64,000 nt of DNA. Source: a virus (taxonomy: Duplodnaviria; Caudoviricetes). Both the position numbers and the translations under genes were made by a program. The notes beneath the pieces were generated by a model, which made no database searches, was not told where the DNA came from, and was given only the letters and a program-made list of their open reading frames with translations. The stretch is taken from IMG/VR virus record IMGVR_UViG_3300017911_001818, positions 1 to 64,000 of that record, one strand, 5' to 3'. Below, piece by piece: positions 8,010 through 17,869 of the stretch (its first letter is position 1; every line of letters starts with the position of its first letter).

Positions 8010-9036
8010 ACTGAAAAAGAATTCTAAACTGGATTCTGATATTATTACCAAATCAAAATACTATGGTAAGAAAGAGATGGCATCTACAGATGTCCCGATG
8101 ATTAACGTAGCTCTTTCTGGTTCTGTCGACGGTGGTCTTTCTCCTGGCGTTACTATTCTCGCTGGTCCATCTAAACACTTCAAGACTAGCTTCTCTCTGA
8201 AGATTGCTGCAGCATATATGCAAAAATATGAAGATGCTGTAATGCTGTTTTATGATTCTGAGTTTGGTTCGCCTCAATCATATTTTGAAATGTTTGATAT
8301 TGATATGGAGCGTGTTCTTCACTGCCCTATTACTAACATTGAAGAGTTAAAGTTTGACTTGACAAACCAACTTGAAAATATTGAAAAGAATGACAAAGTT
8401 ATTATTGTCATTGATTCGTTGGGTAACTTGGCTTCTAAGAAAGAAGTAGAAGATGCGCTGAATGAAAAAACAGTTGCAGATATGACTCGTGCGAAACAAC
8501 TGAAGTCTGTCTTCCGCATCATTACTCCACATCTGAGTATGAAAGACATTCCTTTGATTGGTATTGCGCATACATATGATACACAAGAAATGTTTTCAAA
8601 GAAAGTTGTATCGGGCGGTACAGGTCTTTACTACTCTGCTGACGATATCTGGATTTTGGGTCGACGGCAGAATAAAGAGGGAACTTCTATCGTTGGATAT
8701 GACTTCGTAATTAACGTGGAGAAATCTAGATATGTCCGTGAAAAATCCATCATTCCTATCTCGGTTACTTGGGAAGGTGGCATCGATGTGGGTTCTGGTC
8801 TACTTGATGTGGCTCTTGCAGGAAAATTTATCACTAAACCGTCTCAAGGCTGGTATTCAAAAGTTGACCCAGAGACTGGGGAAGTCGAAGACAAAAAGTA
8901 TCGAGCAAAAGAACTAACTGAAGAGTTTTGGTCAGATATTATTTCTTCTGAACAGTTCAAAGAGTTTGTTGAAGATAACTTTAAGATCGGCGGTAGTTCA
9001 AATATTGAAGTGGTGAGTCCAGATGAAATCGTATGA
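7993..9036 (+). CDS. uvsX: RecA-like recombinase UvsX
   Basis: AGPSKHFKT Walker A, FYDSEFG, DMTRAK, VEKSRYVREK. Confidence 0.95.
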   Translation: MSIMDKLKKNSKLDSDIITKSKYYGKKEMASTDVPMINVALSGSVDGGLSPGVTILAGPSKHFKTSFSLKIAAAYMQKYEDAVMLFYDSEFGSPQSYFEMFDIDMERVLHCPITNIEELKFDLTNQLENIEKNDKVIIVIDSLGNLASKKEVEDALNEKTVADMTRAKQLKSVFRIITPHLSMKDIPLIGIAHTYDTQEMFSKKVVSGGTGLYYSADDIWILGRRQNKEGTSIVGYDFVINVEKSRYVREKSIIPISVTWEGGIDVGSGLLDVALAGKFITKPSQGWYSKVDPETGEVEDKKYRAKELTEEFWSDIISSEQFKEFVEDNFKIGGSSNIEVVSPDEIV

Positions 9037-9385
9037 ACGTGATAAGCACTATGAATTTGTTGGTATTGATGCTGAACCTAAATGGGCGATCCGTATCCTA
9101 AAGGGCAAGTTTAAAGAAATCGTTGTTAAGTATGATGATATTAAAATTGAAACTGCAGAAGGTGTTGAGCTCGGAGAAAATTTTCAAGATGGGGTTGACT
9201 ACAATGTAGCATTTAGTTATAATTTGCTACGTGTAAGTAAAAAGGATAAAGAAGTCAACGAGGAAGAGTTAGGTCAGTTCCTTGGGGATATTCTTATGAA
9301 CGCCATTAATGATGGCCTTGAAGATGGAACAGCTAAAATTGAGTCAGAACCTGAACAAGACGATTCTACGATCGTTACTGAATAA
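9023..9385 (+). CDS. Hypothetical protein at the T4 gp40 position
   Basis: Lies between uvsX and gp41. Confidence 0.6.
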   Translation: MKSYERDKHYEFVGIDAEPKWAIRILKGKFKEIVVKYDDIKIETAEGVELGENFQDGVDYNVAFSYNLLRVSKKDKEVNEEELGQFLGDILMNAINDGLEDGTAKIESEPEQDDSTIVTE

Positions 9386-10709
9386 TGAAGATTATCTAAG
9401 GAAGGTTATCCCCTTTCTTAAACCAAACTACTTTGAGGGTCCGCTAAAGATTATCTTCAAGCAGATTGGTGCGTTCGTTGATAAGCATAATACACTACCT
9501 ACTCTGGAAGCGTTTCGTATTGATCTAGAACAGAACGATAAACTGTCTGATGACATGTTTACCGAGATCTCCGCTATGCTTCCGGAGATTTTTTCTGAGC
9601 CTGATATTGACCAGGACTTTCTGTTAGAAAATACAGAGAGGTGGTGTCAAGAACGTGCGCTTCATATTGCTGTTATGGAATCTATTAATATCCTTGACGG
9701 CAAGAATGAAAAGATGACGAAGAATGCTATCCCTGAGATTCTATCTGAAGCTCTTGGGGTGGGGTTTGATGTAAATATCGGCCATGACTATATCGAAAAC
9801 GCAGAGGAACGCTATGAGTTCTACAATCGTGTAGAAGAGAAGCTTCCATTTGATCTCGATAACTTCAATAAGATCACTAAAGGCGGTCTGCCTGATAAAA
9901 CTCTAAATATTGCACTGGCTGGTACAGGTGTAGGTAAGTCATTGTTTATGTGTCATGTCGCAGCTAGTGCTCTCCTTCAAGGTAAGAATGTTCTCTATAT
10001 CACTATGGAGATGGCAGAGGAACGTATCGCTGAACGTATTGATGCGAATCTTTTGGATATTCCTATCGACCAACTCGATAAACTTCCAAAGACTATGTTT
10101 GCTGAAAAGATCGAGGCTCTGTCTAAGAAGACTGTTGGTAAACTGATCGTTAAAGAGTATCCGACTGGCTCTGCTCATGTTGGTCACTTCCGTGCACTTC
10201 TCAAAGAACTAAAGCTTAAACGTTCTTTTATTCCGGATATTATCTTTATTGATTATCTGAATATCTGCTCATCTTCACGTATGAAGGCTATGGGTGGAGC
10301 GATCAACTCTTACACTTATGTTAAGGCCATCGCTGAAGAACTACGTGGTCTTGCCGTTGAGTTTGCTGTGCCACTGGTCAGCGCTACTCAGACTACACGT
10401 TCTGGTTATGGTAACTCTGACCCAGGACTCGAAGATACCTCTGAATCATTTGGCCTTCCTGCTACTGCTGATCTGATGTTTGCCCTAATCTCTAATGAAG
10501 AACTGGAGCAGTCTGGACAAATTATGGTTAAGCAGCTGAAGAATCGTTATAACGATCCAGGTAAATACAAACGTTTTGTAATTGGTATAGATAGGTCTAA
10601 GATGCGACTGTATGATGCTGCACCTCAAGACCAAACCCTCGTCGATGATGGCATTCCTGTATTCGATAAAACTCCCTCTGGCGATAAATTTAAGGACTTT
10701 AAGATATGA
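9309..10709 (+). CDS. 41: Replicative DNA helicase gp41 (start may be TTG 9339)
   Basis: LAGTGVGKSL, TMEMAEE, IDYLNIC, SESFGLPATAD, QLKNRY. Confidence 0.95.
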   Translation: MMALKMEQLKLSQNLNKTILRSLLNNEDYLRKVIPFLKPNYFEGPLKIIFKQIGAFVDKHNTLPTLEAFRIDLEQNDKLSDDMFTEISAMLPEIFSEPDIDQDFLLENTERWCQERALHIAVMESINILDGKNEKMTKNAIPEILSEALGVGFDVNIGHDYIENAEERYEFYNRVEEKLPFDLDNFNKITKGGLPDKTLNIALAGTGVGKSLFMCHVAASALLQGKNVLYITMEMAEERIAERIDANLLDIPIDQLDKLPKTMFAEKIEALSKKTVGKLIVKEYPTGSAHVGHFRALLKELKLKRSFIPDIIFIDYLNICSSSRMKAMGGAINSYTYVKAIAEELRGLAVEFAVPLVSATQTTRSGYGNSDPGLEDTSESFGLPATADLMFALISNEELEQSGQIMVKQLKNRYNDPGKYKRFVIGIDRSKMRLYDAAPQDQTLVDDGIPVFDKTPSGDKFKDFKI

Positions 10710-11401
10710 ACCAAACCGTGCTTCCTGTTGGTATTACCTCTGCGATGATTAATGCATATCAAGATGGTACAGGCAAGAAAATGTCTGCCCAAGATTTGAT
10801 TGTATACTGTGCTCGAGTTTCTAACCCTAGCAACCAGAATAGTACAGCTCCTTCGGAGAAGCTACTGAGTTATCTGATTGAGCATAAGCATTGGTCTCCT
10901 TTTGAGATGGTTGACATGGTCATGGAAATTAATACAACAAGGGATATTGCTCGTCAGATTTTGCGGCATCGTTCATTTTCATTTCAAGAGTTTAGTCAGC
11001 GATATGCTGATCCCACTAAGGACTTGGCTGTGTACATGCGTGAGGCAAGGCTACAAGATGCCAAGAATCGTCAAAACTCAATCGAAACGAACGACGATAC
11101 ACTGAAGCGTCAATGGGAAGCAAAGCAACAACAGATTGTACATGAGTCTCGGCTTGCATACAAGTGGGCAATCGAAAATGGTATCGCTAAGGAACAGGCA
11201 AGAGCTGTTCTCCCAGAGGGTAATATGCAGTCTCGTATGTACATGAAGGGTAGTATTCGTTCATGGATTCACTACTGCGATCTTCGGTGTGGTGTTGAAA
11301 CACAAAAGGAACATCGTGAAGTTGCTTACAAATGCGCAGGTATTCTAAAAGATTATCTGCCGTTCTTGAAGAACTGGTATAAAGAGTTGCCTAGTGAATA
11401 G
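10706..11401 (+). CDS. thyX: FAD-dependent thymidylate synthase
   Basis: HWSPFE and RHRSFSFQEFSQRY motifs. Confidence 0.95.
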   Translation: MNQTVLPVGITSAMINAYQDGTGKKMSAQDLIVYCARVSNPSNQNSTAPSEKLLSYLIEHKHWSPFEMVDMVMEINTTRDIARQILRHRSFSFQEFSQRYADPTKDLAVYMREARLQDAKNRQNSIETNDDTLKRQWEAKQQQIVHESRLAYKWAIENGIAKEQARAVLPEGNMQSRMYMKGSIRSWIHYCDLRCGVETQKEHREVAYKCAGILKDYLPFLKNWYKELPSE

Positions 11402-11449
11402 AAAAGTATAAAATTAAAAACGATAATTAAAAAAAGTTCGTCTTAGGGG

Positions 11450-11477
11450 TTTACATTTCTGACAGAGGTCCTATATT
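11450..11477 (+). promoter_or_regulatory. Early promoter (degenerate cassette)
   Basis: TTTACA-N16-TATATT with GAAAGG RBS downstream. Confidence 0.55.
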
Positions 11478-11511
11478 AAGTTTATAAGTTGAAAACGAAA
11501 GGCTCTCTATC

Positions 11512-11829
11512 ATGACCAAGTTTGATAAAACCCAGTTCGAATACCACGGTGGCTACCTTACGTACCACGGTCCATATGAGACTGCCGAGTATTACGGACA
11601 AGGTCCAAACGTTCACCCGTCTCGTGTAGGTACTCGCAAGCCTCTCTTCATCGCTCGCTTCAAGTACCGTGGGGCTTTCACTAAAGCACGAGTACAGAAG
11701 AAGATCATGGAGCTATTCAGCGTAGAACGATATGCAAAGTTGATGAAAGATGGTGGCACTCCACTCCGCATCCTCAAAGACGCTGATCCGGGCTGGTACT
11801 ATGAACTGCTGTACAAGAATATGGGATAA
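11512..11829 (+). CDS. Early hypothetical protein
   Basis: RBS and upstream promoter. Confidence 0.75.
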   Translation: MTKFDKTQFEYHGGYLTYHGPYETAEYYGQGPNVHPSRVGTRKPLFIARFKYRGAFTKARVQKKIMELFSVERYAKLMKDGGTPLRILKDADPGWYYELLYKNMG

Positions 11830-11839
11830 AACCTAAAAC

Positions 11840-11893
11840 TTTACACGATAGTTGAAAAAAGGGGTTGACTTCTTATCAGTTGATCCCTATATT
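11840..11893 (+). promoter_or_regulatory. Early promoter cassette
   Basis: TTTACACGATAGTTGAAA then TTGACT-N17-TATATT. Confidence 0.8.
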
Positions 11894-11924
11894 AAGTATG
11901 TAAGTTGATGAAAGAGAGTTTGAA

Positions 11925-12104
11925 ATGAGCATCGAAATGGTTAACGATCGTGAAGATCACATCTATATTAAGTTCGAGGATTCGAGCGATTTTATTCGTG
12001 TGAACACCATGGACTCTGCTTGGAAGCACATCCTTGAGCATGGTTCCGATAAGTTGGAGTACATTGAACATTGGAGTGGTATTGATGACCTCAAGCTCGC
12101 ATGA
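11925..12104 (+). CDS. Small early hypothetical protein (not in ORF track)
   Basis: 59-aa ORF MSIEMVNDRE directly after promoter cassette. Confidence 0.65.
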   Translation: MSIEMVNDREDHIYIKFEDSSDFIRVNTMDSAWKHILEHGSDKLEYIEHWSGIDDLKLA

Positions 12105-12194
12105 GAAAAAGGATCGGCACCCATGGGTGCCTAAGTTTATGTTTCTGTTTTGTATGACAGTTGCGCTTGGTTTTATTGTTGTAGGAGCATCACT

Positions 12195-12395
12195 ATGAGT
12201 GATTTTAAATTTATGAGAGACGATCTGACTGATCGCATTTGTGCGTTTGGCTCTAAGCACTTTGGTGTTACCATTGATATTGATGGCGTAAATGGTAGTT
12301 TTACTACTGCGCACATCGCCCTCGATGATAAGCTGTTTGCTGCGGCGACTCGTTTGTTCTGGGATCACTACTTTGACAGTGAGGTAGAGCTATGA
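12195..12395 (+). CDS. Small hypothetical protein
   Basis: AGGAG RBS before MSDFKFMRD. Confidence 0.6.
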   Translation: MSDFKFMRDDLTDRICAFGSKHFGVTIDIDGVNGSFTTAHIALDDKLFAAATRLFWDHYFDSEVEL

Positions 12396-12711
12396 ACAAG
12401 TTACTGTTGTTCTTCGCTGCAGCGAAAGAGGCTCTGAAAGAGTCGGATTATGAAGAAGAAGCTTTTTACTTTGAACAGGTGGAGGACTATCTCCGTGAGA
12501 CTGGTAAAGTTGAACTGCCAGTAGATAAACGTGAAGTTGGAAAGATTTTGGGGCTATGATGCAGTATATTTGTACAGGTGATGAATTTAAGTTTGCTGAA
12601 AATCTTATCAAAATGGTTCAGCGACATCAAGAAAAAAAGGGGATACCCAAATATGAACTTGAAACTAAAGTAAAACGAGGCATTAAAGAGGTATATATGA
12701 AAATTTAAGAA

Positions 12712-12740
12712 GAGGGGGCGAGGTTCGCCCCTTTTTTATT
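12712..12740 (+). terminator. Intrinsic terminator
   Basis: GGGGCGA-GGT-TCGCCCC followed by T-run. Confidence 0.75.
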
Positions 12741-12742
12741 TT

Positions 12743-12750
12743 TATAAATA
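12743..12750 (+). promoter_or_regulatory. T4-type late promoter
   Basis: TATAAATA 30 bp upstream of 12781. Confidence 0.75.
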
Positions 12751-12780
12751 TATTCGTTATCTAAATTTAATGGGGTAAAA

Positions 12781-13539
12781 ATGAAATCCTTTAAGACGCA
12801 CTTGATCGAATCAAGAGCCTCAGACATGTATGAGGCTGACGTTGCGAATCATATTAACTCCTTCAATAATGTAAATGCTGAAAGACCAAGAGTCTCTACG
12901 AAGTATGCTGATGTTCTCGTTACGCTCGAGGGCGGGGAACGCTCTTGGCTTGAAGTTAAAATGAATCACACAGATAATCTCACTAACCCTCGTATCTTTT
13001 ACGATGGTCGTAAGTGGGATACAACATACACAACGACAGCTGCTAAGCAAGCCATTGAGATTATGAATAATTCTCAAGAGGCGAAGGATTTTATCGAAGC
13101 CATTAAAAAGTTTACAGGCAGAAAAACTGTTAAGATTCCGACGACTCAGACAGGGTTGCGTGACAAAGATGCAGTCACTCTTGCTGAAATGAAAGAATAT
13201 TTTAGTCAGCCAGGAATTAACAGATATATTACAACTGTCCCAGATACAAACCTTGGTAAGACAGTTACTGATCACTACCTCAAAGGTAAGGCTGAACCAG
13301 CGCACTATATGCAAGCAGGTGATGACTTCTATCGCATCGGTAATGCTAATCCGCTAAACCTTCCAAAAGATTTACCTTTGTTAAGTGGCACCGGACCATT
13401 TAAAGTTCGTGTTGCAACAAGGTCTAAATATTATGAGGTTCAAGCAGAAGTAAAGATTGCTAAGATGCCAGATAGCAGGTATTCTGTTAAACCAGGATCT
13501 AGAAAGAAAAACCCATTTCAGAAAATTATGGACCTATGA
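12781..13539 (+). CDS. Putative PD-(D/E)XK nuclease-fold protein with capsid-targeting-like N-terminus
   Basis: YE...ADV...LEVK pattern; MKSFKTHLIE. Confidence 0.55.
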   Translation: MKSFKTHLIESRASDMYEADVANHINSFNNVNAERPRVSTKYADVLVTLEGGERSWLEVKMNHTDNLTNPRIFYDGRKWDTTYTTTAAKQAIEIMNNSQEAKDFIEAIKKFTGRKTVKIPTTQTGLRDKDAVTLAEMKEYFSQPGINRYITTVPDTNLGKTVTDHYLKGKAEPAHYMQAGDDFYRIGNANPLNLPKDLPLLSGTGPFKVRVATRSKYYEVQAEVKIAKMPDSRYSVKPGSRKKNPFQKIMDL

Positions 13540-14759
13540 AGTCATTTAAGCAATATCTGAGTGAAGAAAAAAACACTCACATGAGGCACATCGAAGATAA
13601 GGTTATCTACGGTGGAGTGAACGGTACACGTCAAGCTATCTTGGCTCTGCGTTCTCTGCGTGATATGCTTTCTGGCAAGCAGGATGGGAATGTTAGTGTT
13701 AAGTGGGACGGTGCACCTGCTGTTTTTGCTGGCACTGATCCAAGAGATGGTAAGTTCTTTGTTGCTAAGAAGGGCATTTTTAACAAGAACCCCATTGTTT
13801 ATAAAACAGAAAAAGATATTGATGATGATGGTGTAACAGGAGACTTGGCTAGAAAGCTTAAAATGTCTCTGAAGCACTTCGCCAACTTAGGTATTAAAGG
13901 AGTTATCCAAGGTGATTTACTTTTTACAAAATCTGATCTTAAATCCCAAAAGATCGATGGATTGGATTATGTCACGTTTCACCCGAATACAATTGTCTAT
14001 GCTATCGAAAAGGGCGGACAAGATAGCAAAGAAATTGAGCGAGCAAAAATCGGAGTAGTTTGGCATACTACATATACAGGCGAAACATTTGAAACAATGA
14101 GAGCCTCGTATGGAGTTGATGTTACTAAGTTAAAGAAGACTTCTGCTGTCTGGCAGCAGGACGCTATGCTCCGTGACTTAACTAATGTAGCAACACTTTC
14201 AGCTCAAGAGACAAAGCGGGTTGATGCGAATCTCTCAAGAGCAGGTAAAATCTTCAATCAAATCTCTTCTTCAACACTCAAGACACTTGAACAAGATCAA
14301 AAGCTTGCTGGACTGATTGAGACTTTTAATAATACATTCGTTCGTAGTGGAACGATTATTGGAGACACTGATCAACATGTTCGCAACCTGATTAATTGGA
14401 TTGAAAACAAATATCAGAAAGAGATTGATAAGAGAAAGAGCGAACGTGGTAAACAAACACAGAAAGATGCTCTCTCTAAAATCCTAGAATTCTTCTCACC
14501 GGAGAATAAACGAAGTCTTAAAAAGATTTTTGATTTACAGAAATCTATAGTTTTCGCCAAGTTGCTTCTTATAAATAAGCTGAATGAAGTGAAAAACGTT
14601 AAGACCTTCATTAAGACAACCAAAGGGTTTAGATCAACTGAACCTGAAGGTTACGTTGCTATTGATAAGCTTGGGGGCAACGCTGTCAAGCTTGTTAATC
14701 GCTATGAATTTTCAACTAACAACTTTGACCCAACGATTTTAAAGGGTTGGAGTAAATAA
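13536..14759 (+). CDS. T4-like phage protein with polynucleotide-ligase-like motifs
   Basis: KWDG, QGDLLF, EGYV, VKLV motifs; MKSFKQYLSEE. Confidence 0.6.
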   Translation: MKSFKQYLSEEKNTHMRHIEDKVIYGGVNGTRQAILALRSLRDMLSGKQDGNVSVKWDGAPAVFAGTDPRDGKFFVAKKGIFNKNPIVYKTEKDIDDDGVTGDLARKLKMSLKHFANLGIKGVIQGDLLFTKSDLKSQKIDGLDYVTFHPNTIVYAIEKGGQDSKEIERAKIGVVWHTTYTGETFETMRASYGVDVTKLKKTSAVWQQDAMLRDLTNVATLSAQETKRVDANLSRAGKIFNQISSSTLKTLEQDQKLAGLIETFNNTFVRSGTIIGDTDQHVRNLINWIENKYQKEIDKRKSERGKQTQKDALSKILEFFSPENKRSLKKIFDLQKSIVFAKLLLINKLNEVKNVKTFIKTTKGFRSTEPEGYVAIDKLGGNAVKLVNRYEFSTNNFDPTILKGWSK

Positions 14760-14770
14760 AGAGGAACGAT

Positions 14771-15409
14771 ATGAAATATCTTATTTCCGCAATTGTAGCT
14801 ATGTCTGTAGCTGCTCCTGCAATTGCTCAAGATGCTGCTGATAATGAATCTGCTCTTGCATCCAACGCAACTATCGGCGTATCTACCGATCTGGAAGGTA
14901 ATGCTGACTGGTCGCTGGGTGCAGAGTTGGGCATTGCTGGATTCGGTGTAGATGCAGGTTTCACACTTAGTGACCGTGGTGACAACACTGCTGATGACTA
15001 TGCAATTAGTCTCGGTACAGGTATGGACCTTGGGTTTGCTTCCCTCGACACTAGCATTGGCTATGCTTGGGGTGCAACCAACGGTGCAGACCTGATTGGT
15101 CGTGGCGACGGTAACACTTGGGGTGACGTGACTATCGATCCAACCCTCATGATCACTCCCGGGATTATCGGTGGTGAGTACATCTGGGTAGGTGGTTCCA
15201 TGGACCTCGCTTCTGACGGCGAAATCGCTGTTGGCTGGGGCGGCGCTTCCTACGGAATCGGTTACGAGCATGCGCTGAACGACAAAGCTTCCGTATCTGT
15301 TAGCTACGGCTGGTCTGTAGATGTTGTTGACGATGGTGATGATGCCACAGTCAATGACTGGACTACTACCGCTGATGGTCTGAAAGTTGGCGTAGGCTTC
15401 AAGTTCTAA
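14771..15409 (+). CDS. Outer-membrane beta-barrel/porin-like protein
   Basis: Signal peptide, amphipathic strands, C-terminal VGVGFKF. Confidence 0.7.
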   Translation: MKYLISAIVAMSVAAPAIAQDAADNESALASNATIGVSTDLEGNADWSLGAELGIAGFGVDAGFTLSDRGDNTADDYAISLGTGMDLGFASLDTSIGYAWGATNGADLIGRGDGNTWGDVTIDPTLMITPGIIGGEYIWVGGSMDLASDGEIAVGWGGASYGIGYEHALNDKASVSVSYGWSVDVVDDGDDATVNDWTTTADGLKVGVGFKF

Positions 15410-15410
15410 G

Positions 15411-15797
15411 ATGATCGGGTTTAAAGACTTCCTCTCTGTATTAGCTGAGACTTCCTTTCCTAGTGAGGGGGAGTCTTTACCCGTATCTGAAGTTTTATCT
15501 TTCGCAGCAAGGCGAAAGAAATCTATTGAGTTTCGTAGACGTAAACAAAAATTACAACGTCAAAGAAAATTAGCACTCAAGAGACCTGCTAGTCTTGATA
15601 GACTTAGAAGGAGAGGACGTAAATCTGCAAGAGATATCTTGACAAAGAGATATTATGGAGGTAAGTCTAAAAGCTCTATGAGCGCTGCTCAGAAGTCAAG
15701 AGTAGAAAAACGTTTGTCGCAAAAGAAAGGCGCAGTTAAAACTATTTCTAAGAGACTTCTTCCGAGCAAGAGAAGATTGGATGTATCGAGAAGGTAA
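15411..15797 (+). CDS. Highly basic hypothetical protein
   Basis: R/K-rich; MIGFKDFL N-terminus. Confidence 0.7.
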   Translation: MIGFKDFLSVLAETSFPSEGESLPVSEVLSFAARRKKSIEFRRRKQKLQRQRKLALKRPASLDRLRRRGRKSARDILTKRYYGGKSKSSMSAAQKSRVEKRLSQKKGAVKTISKRLLPSKRRLDVSRR

Positions 15798-16861
15798 TGA
15801 TTAGTTCATTCAAAGGATATTTAGAGGAACAGAACTCTGTTGGTTATCTTGCCTTCGGGAGATTTAATCCTCCAACTACTGGACATGAGAAGCTGCTCGA
15901 CACTGTAGCGAGCAAGGCTCGGGGCAACGTATATAAAATCTTTGCCTCTCAGTCCCAAGATTCAAAAAAGAACCCTCTTGACTACCAGACCAAAGTAAAG
16001 TTAATGAGAAAGATGTTCCCGAAGCATGCGAGGAATATTATCATGGATAAGTCTGTCAAGACATTTATTGATGCAGCCGTACACATGTATGATAGTGGCA
16101 TCAAGAATCTGGTAATGGTCGCAGGTTCTGATAGAGTTACTGAGTTTGAAACTCTGTTAAAAAAGTATAATGGTGTAAAAGCTCGTCATGGCCTTTTTGA
16201 TTTTAATTCAGTAAAGGTTATCTCTGCTGGTGAGCGTGACCCAGATGCCGAGGGTGTTTCTGGTATGTCAGCTTCCAAGATGAGAGCTCATGCAGAAAGC
16301 AACGATTTCCCTTCATTCTTAACTGGTTTGCCAAAGAGTGTTTCTGATTCTCTGGCGAAAGATTTATTTAATGCTGTTCGCAAGGGAATGAATCTCAATT
16401 AAAATAAATCATTTATTCAGCACGTACAATTAGAGAAAGTCTCTGAGCGACGTGAAGAATATGTTAGTGGAGATTTATTTACTGTTGGTCAGTCGGTTAT
16501 CCTTAAAGAAACTGACGAAGTAGTAAAGATTGAGTTTTGTGGTTCGAACTATTTAATCGTAGAAGTTGATGGTAAAAGAAAGCGTAAGTGGTTAACTGAC
16601 GTAGAGCCTCTAGAAGAAAGAAAATCTCCAGAAGATCCAGACATTGGCGACAGAAAAGGCCAGCAACCAAAGAAGTATCATACAGGTTTAGCTAAGTCTA
16701 CAAAGAAAGCTAGAGACACTCAGTTTAAAAAGCAAGCTAAGATGAGAGACGATGATCCAAAAGCTTATAAACCAGCTCCTGGAGACAAAGAAGCTAAAAC
16801 TAAACCAAGCAAATATACTAAGAAATACAAGCAGATGTTTGGAGAGAAAGAAAATGCTTAG
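15797..16861 (+). CDS. Cytidyltransferase-like (HxGH) nucleotidyltransferase interrupted by in-frame TAA at 16400-16402
   Basis: FGRFNPPTTGH, VAGSDR, SASKMR; frame stays open about 152 codons after the TAA up to TAG 16859-16861. Confidence 0.75.
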
Positions 16862-17102
16862 TTTTAAATCATTTTTAAATGAAGAAAAGATTGCAGGATT
16901 AGTAAAAAAAGCTGAGAAATCAGGTATTTCTTATGGGATTCTAAAGCAAGTTTACAACCGTGGTATGGCTGCATGGAAAACTGGACATAGACCAGGAACT
17001 ACTCCTCAGCAGTGGGCGTTCGCACGTGTGAACTCATTTATTACTGGCGGTAAAACGAGAACAACTGCAGACAAAGATTTATGGGCCAAAGCTAAGAAAT
17101 AA
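16854..17102 (+). CDS. Phage hypothetical protein
   Basis: MLSFKSFLNEE start; RGMAAW..GHRPG..QQWAFARVNSF. Confidence 0.75.
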   Translation: MLSFKSFLNEEKIAGLVKKAEKSGISYGILKQVYNRGMAAWKTGHRPGTTPQQWAFARVNSFITGGKTRTTADKDLWAKAKK

Positions 17103-17147
17103 TAAATAATATCAGCGCTTAACTTAATTAAATGGGTATATCGAAAA

Positions 17148-17555
17148 ATGATTACGTTTAAACAGCTACAAGAAAAGGCTACTTCCCAACAACAGCAGAA
17201 GTTGATGGGTCTGGCACTCGCTTACAAGAGAGGCGAAGTTCCAGAGGATGAAGTCTCTTCTACAGTTAAAGGTTTAGCTGATCGTATGTCCGAGAAAGAC
17301 TTAGAGGATTTCGCTTCCACTAAGCATAAAGGTCTACCGAAAAAGGTAGATGAAGATGGTCACACCGATGTACCTTCATCTGAACGTATGTGTAAAACAA
17401 TCGTTGAAGATGCTAATGCTATTTTATCTGCTTTAAGCTCTATGCAAGATGAAGCTTCGCTACCAACATGGTGGACAAATAAACTTGCAACAGCAGCAAA
17501 AGATTTGAACTCTCTTAACGATTATATTTCTAATCCGTCGGAGAATAAAAATTGA
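17148..17555 (+). CDS. Hypothetical protein
   Basis: MITFKQLQE; FASTKHKGLP motif. Confidence 0.7.
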   Translation: MITFKQLQEKATSQQQQKLMGLALAYKRGEVPEDEVSSTVKGLADRMSEKDLEDFASTKHKGLPKKVDEDGHTDVPSSERMCKTIVEDANAILSALSSMQDEASLPTWWTNKLATAAKDLNSLNDYISNPSENKN

Positions 17556-17869
17556 AATCATTCGGCTGTTACATAGAAGAAGAACCAATCGTAGAACAGG
17601 CTGAATATAAAGGTCGTAAGGTAAAGCTCAACGATCCTTTTCGCTCGAACGATGGTAAGAAAAAATTTTATGTTTACGTTAAAAATGAAAAAGGTAACGT
17701 AATCAAGCTTGGTTTTGGCGATCCAAATATGGAGATCAAACGAGACGATCCTGCTCGCCGTAAAAATTTCAGAGCTAGGCATAAGTGCGACACTAATCCT
17801 GGGCCAAAGTGGAAAGCACGTTACTGGTCTTGTTATCAGTGGCGAGCTGGTGCGAAGGTAGATAACTAA
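17552..17869 (+). CDS. Basic phage hypothetical protein
   Basis: FGDPNM..RRKNFRARHKC..ARYWSC. Confidence 0.7.
   Translation: MKSFGCYIEEEPIVEQAEYKGRKVKLNDPFRSNDGKKKFYVYVKNEKGNVIKLGFGDPNMEIKRDDPARRKNFRARHKCDTNPGPKWKARYWSCYQWRAGAKVDN

Noticed and set aside
16400-16402. Genome-wide stop-codon reassignment
   Set aside because: TAA, TAG and TGA all end conserved genes at expected positions; no suppressor tRNA in the window
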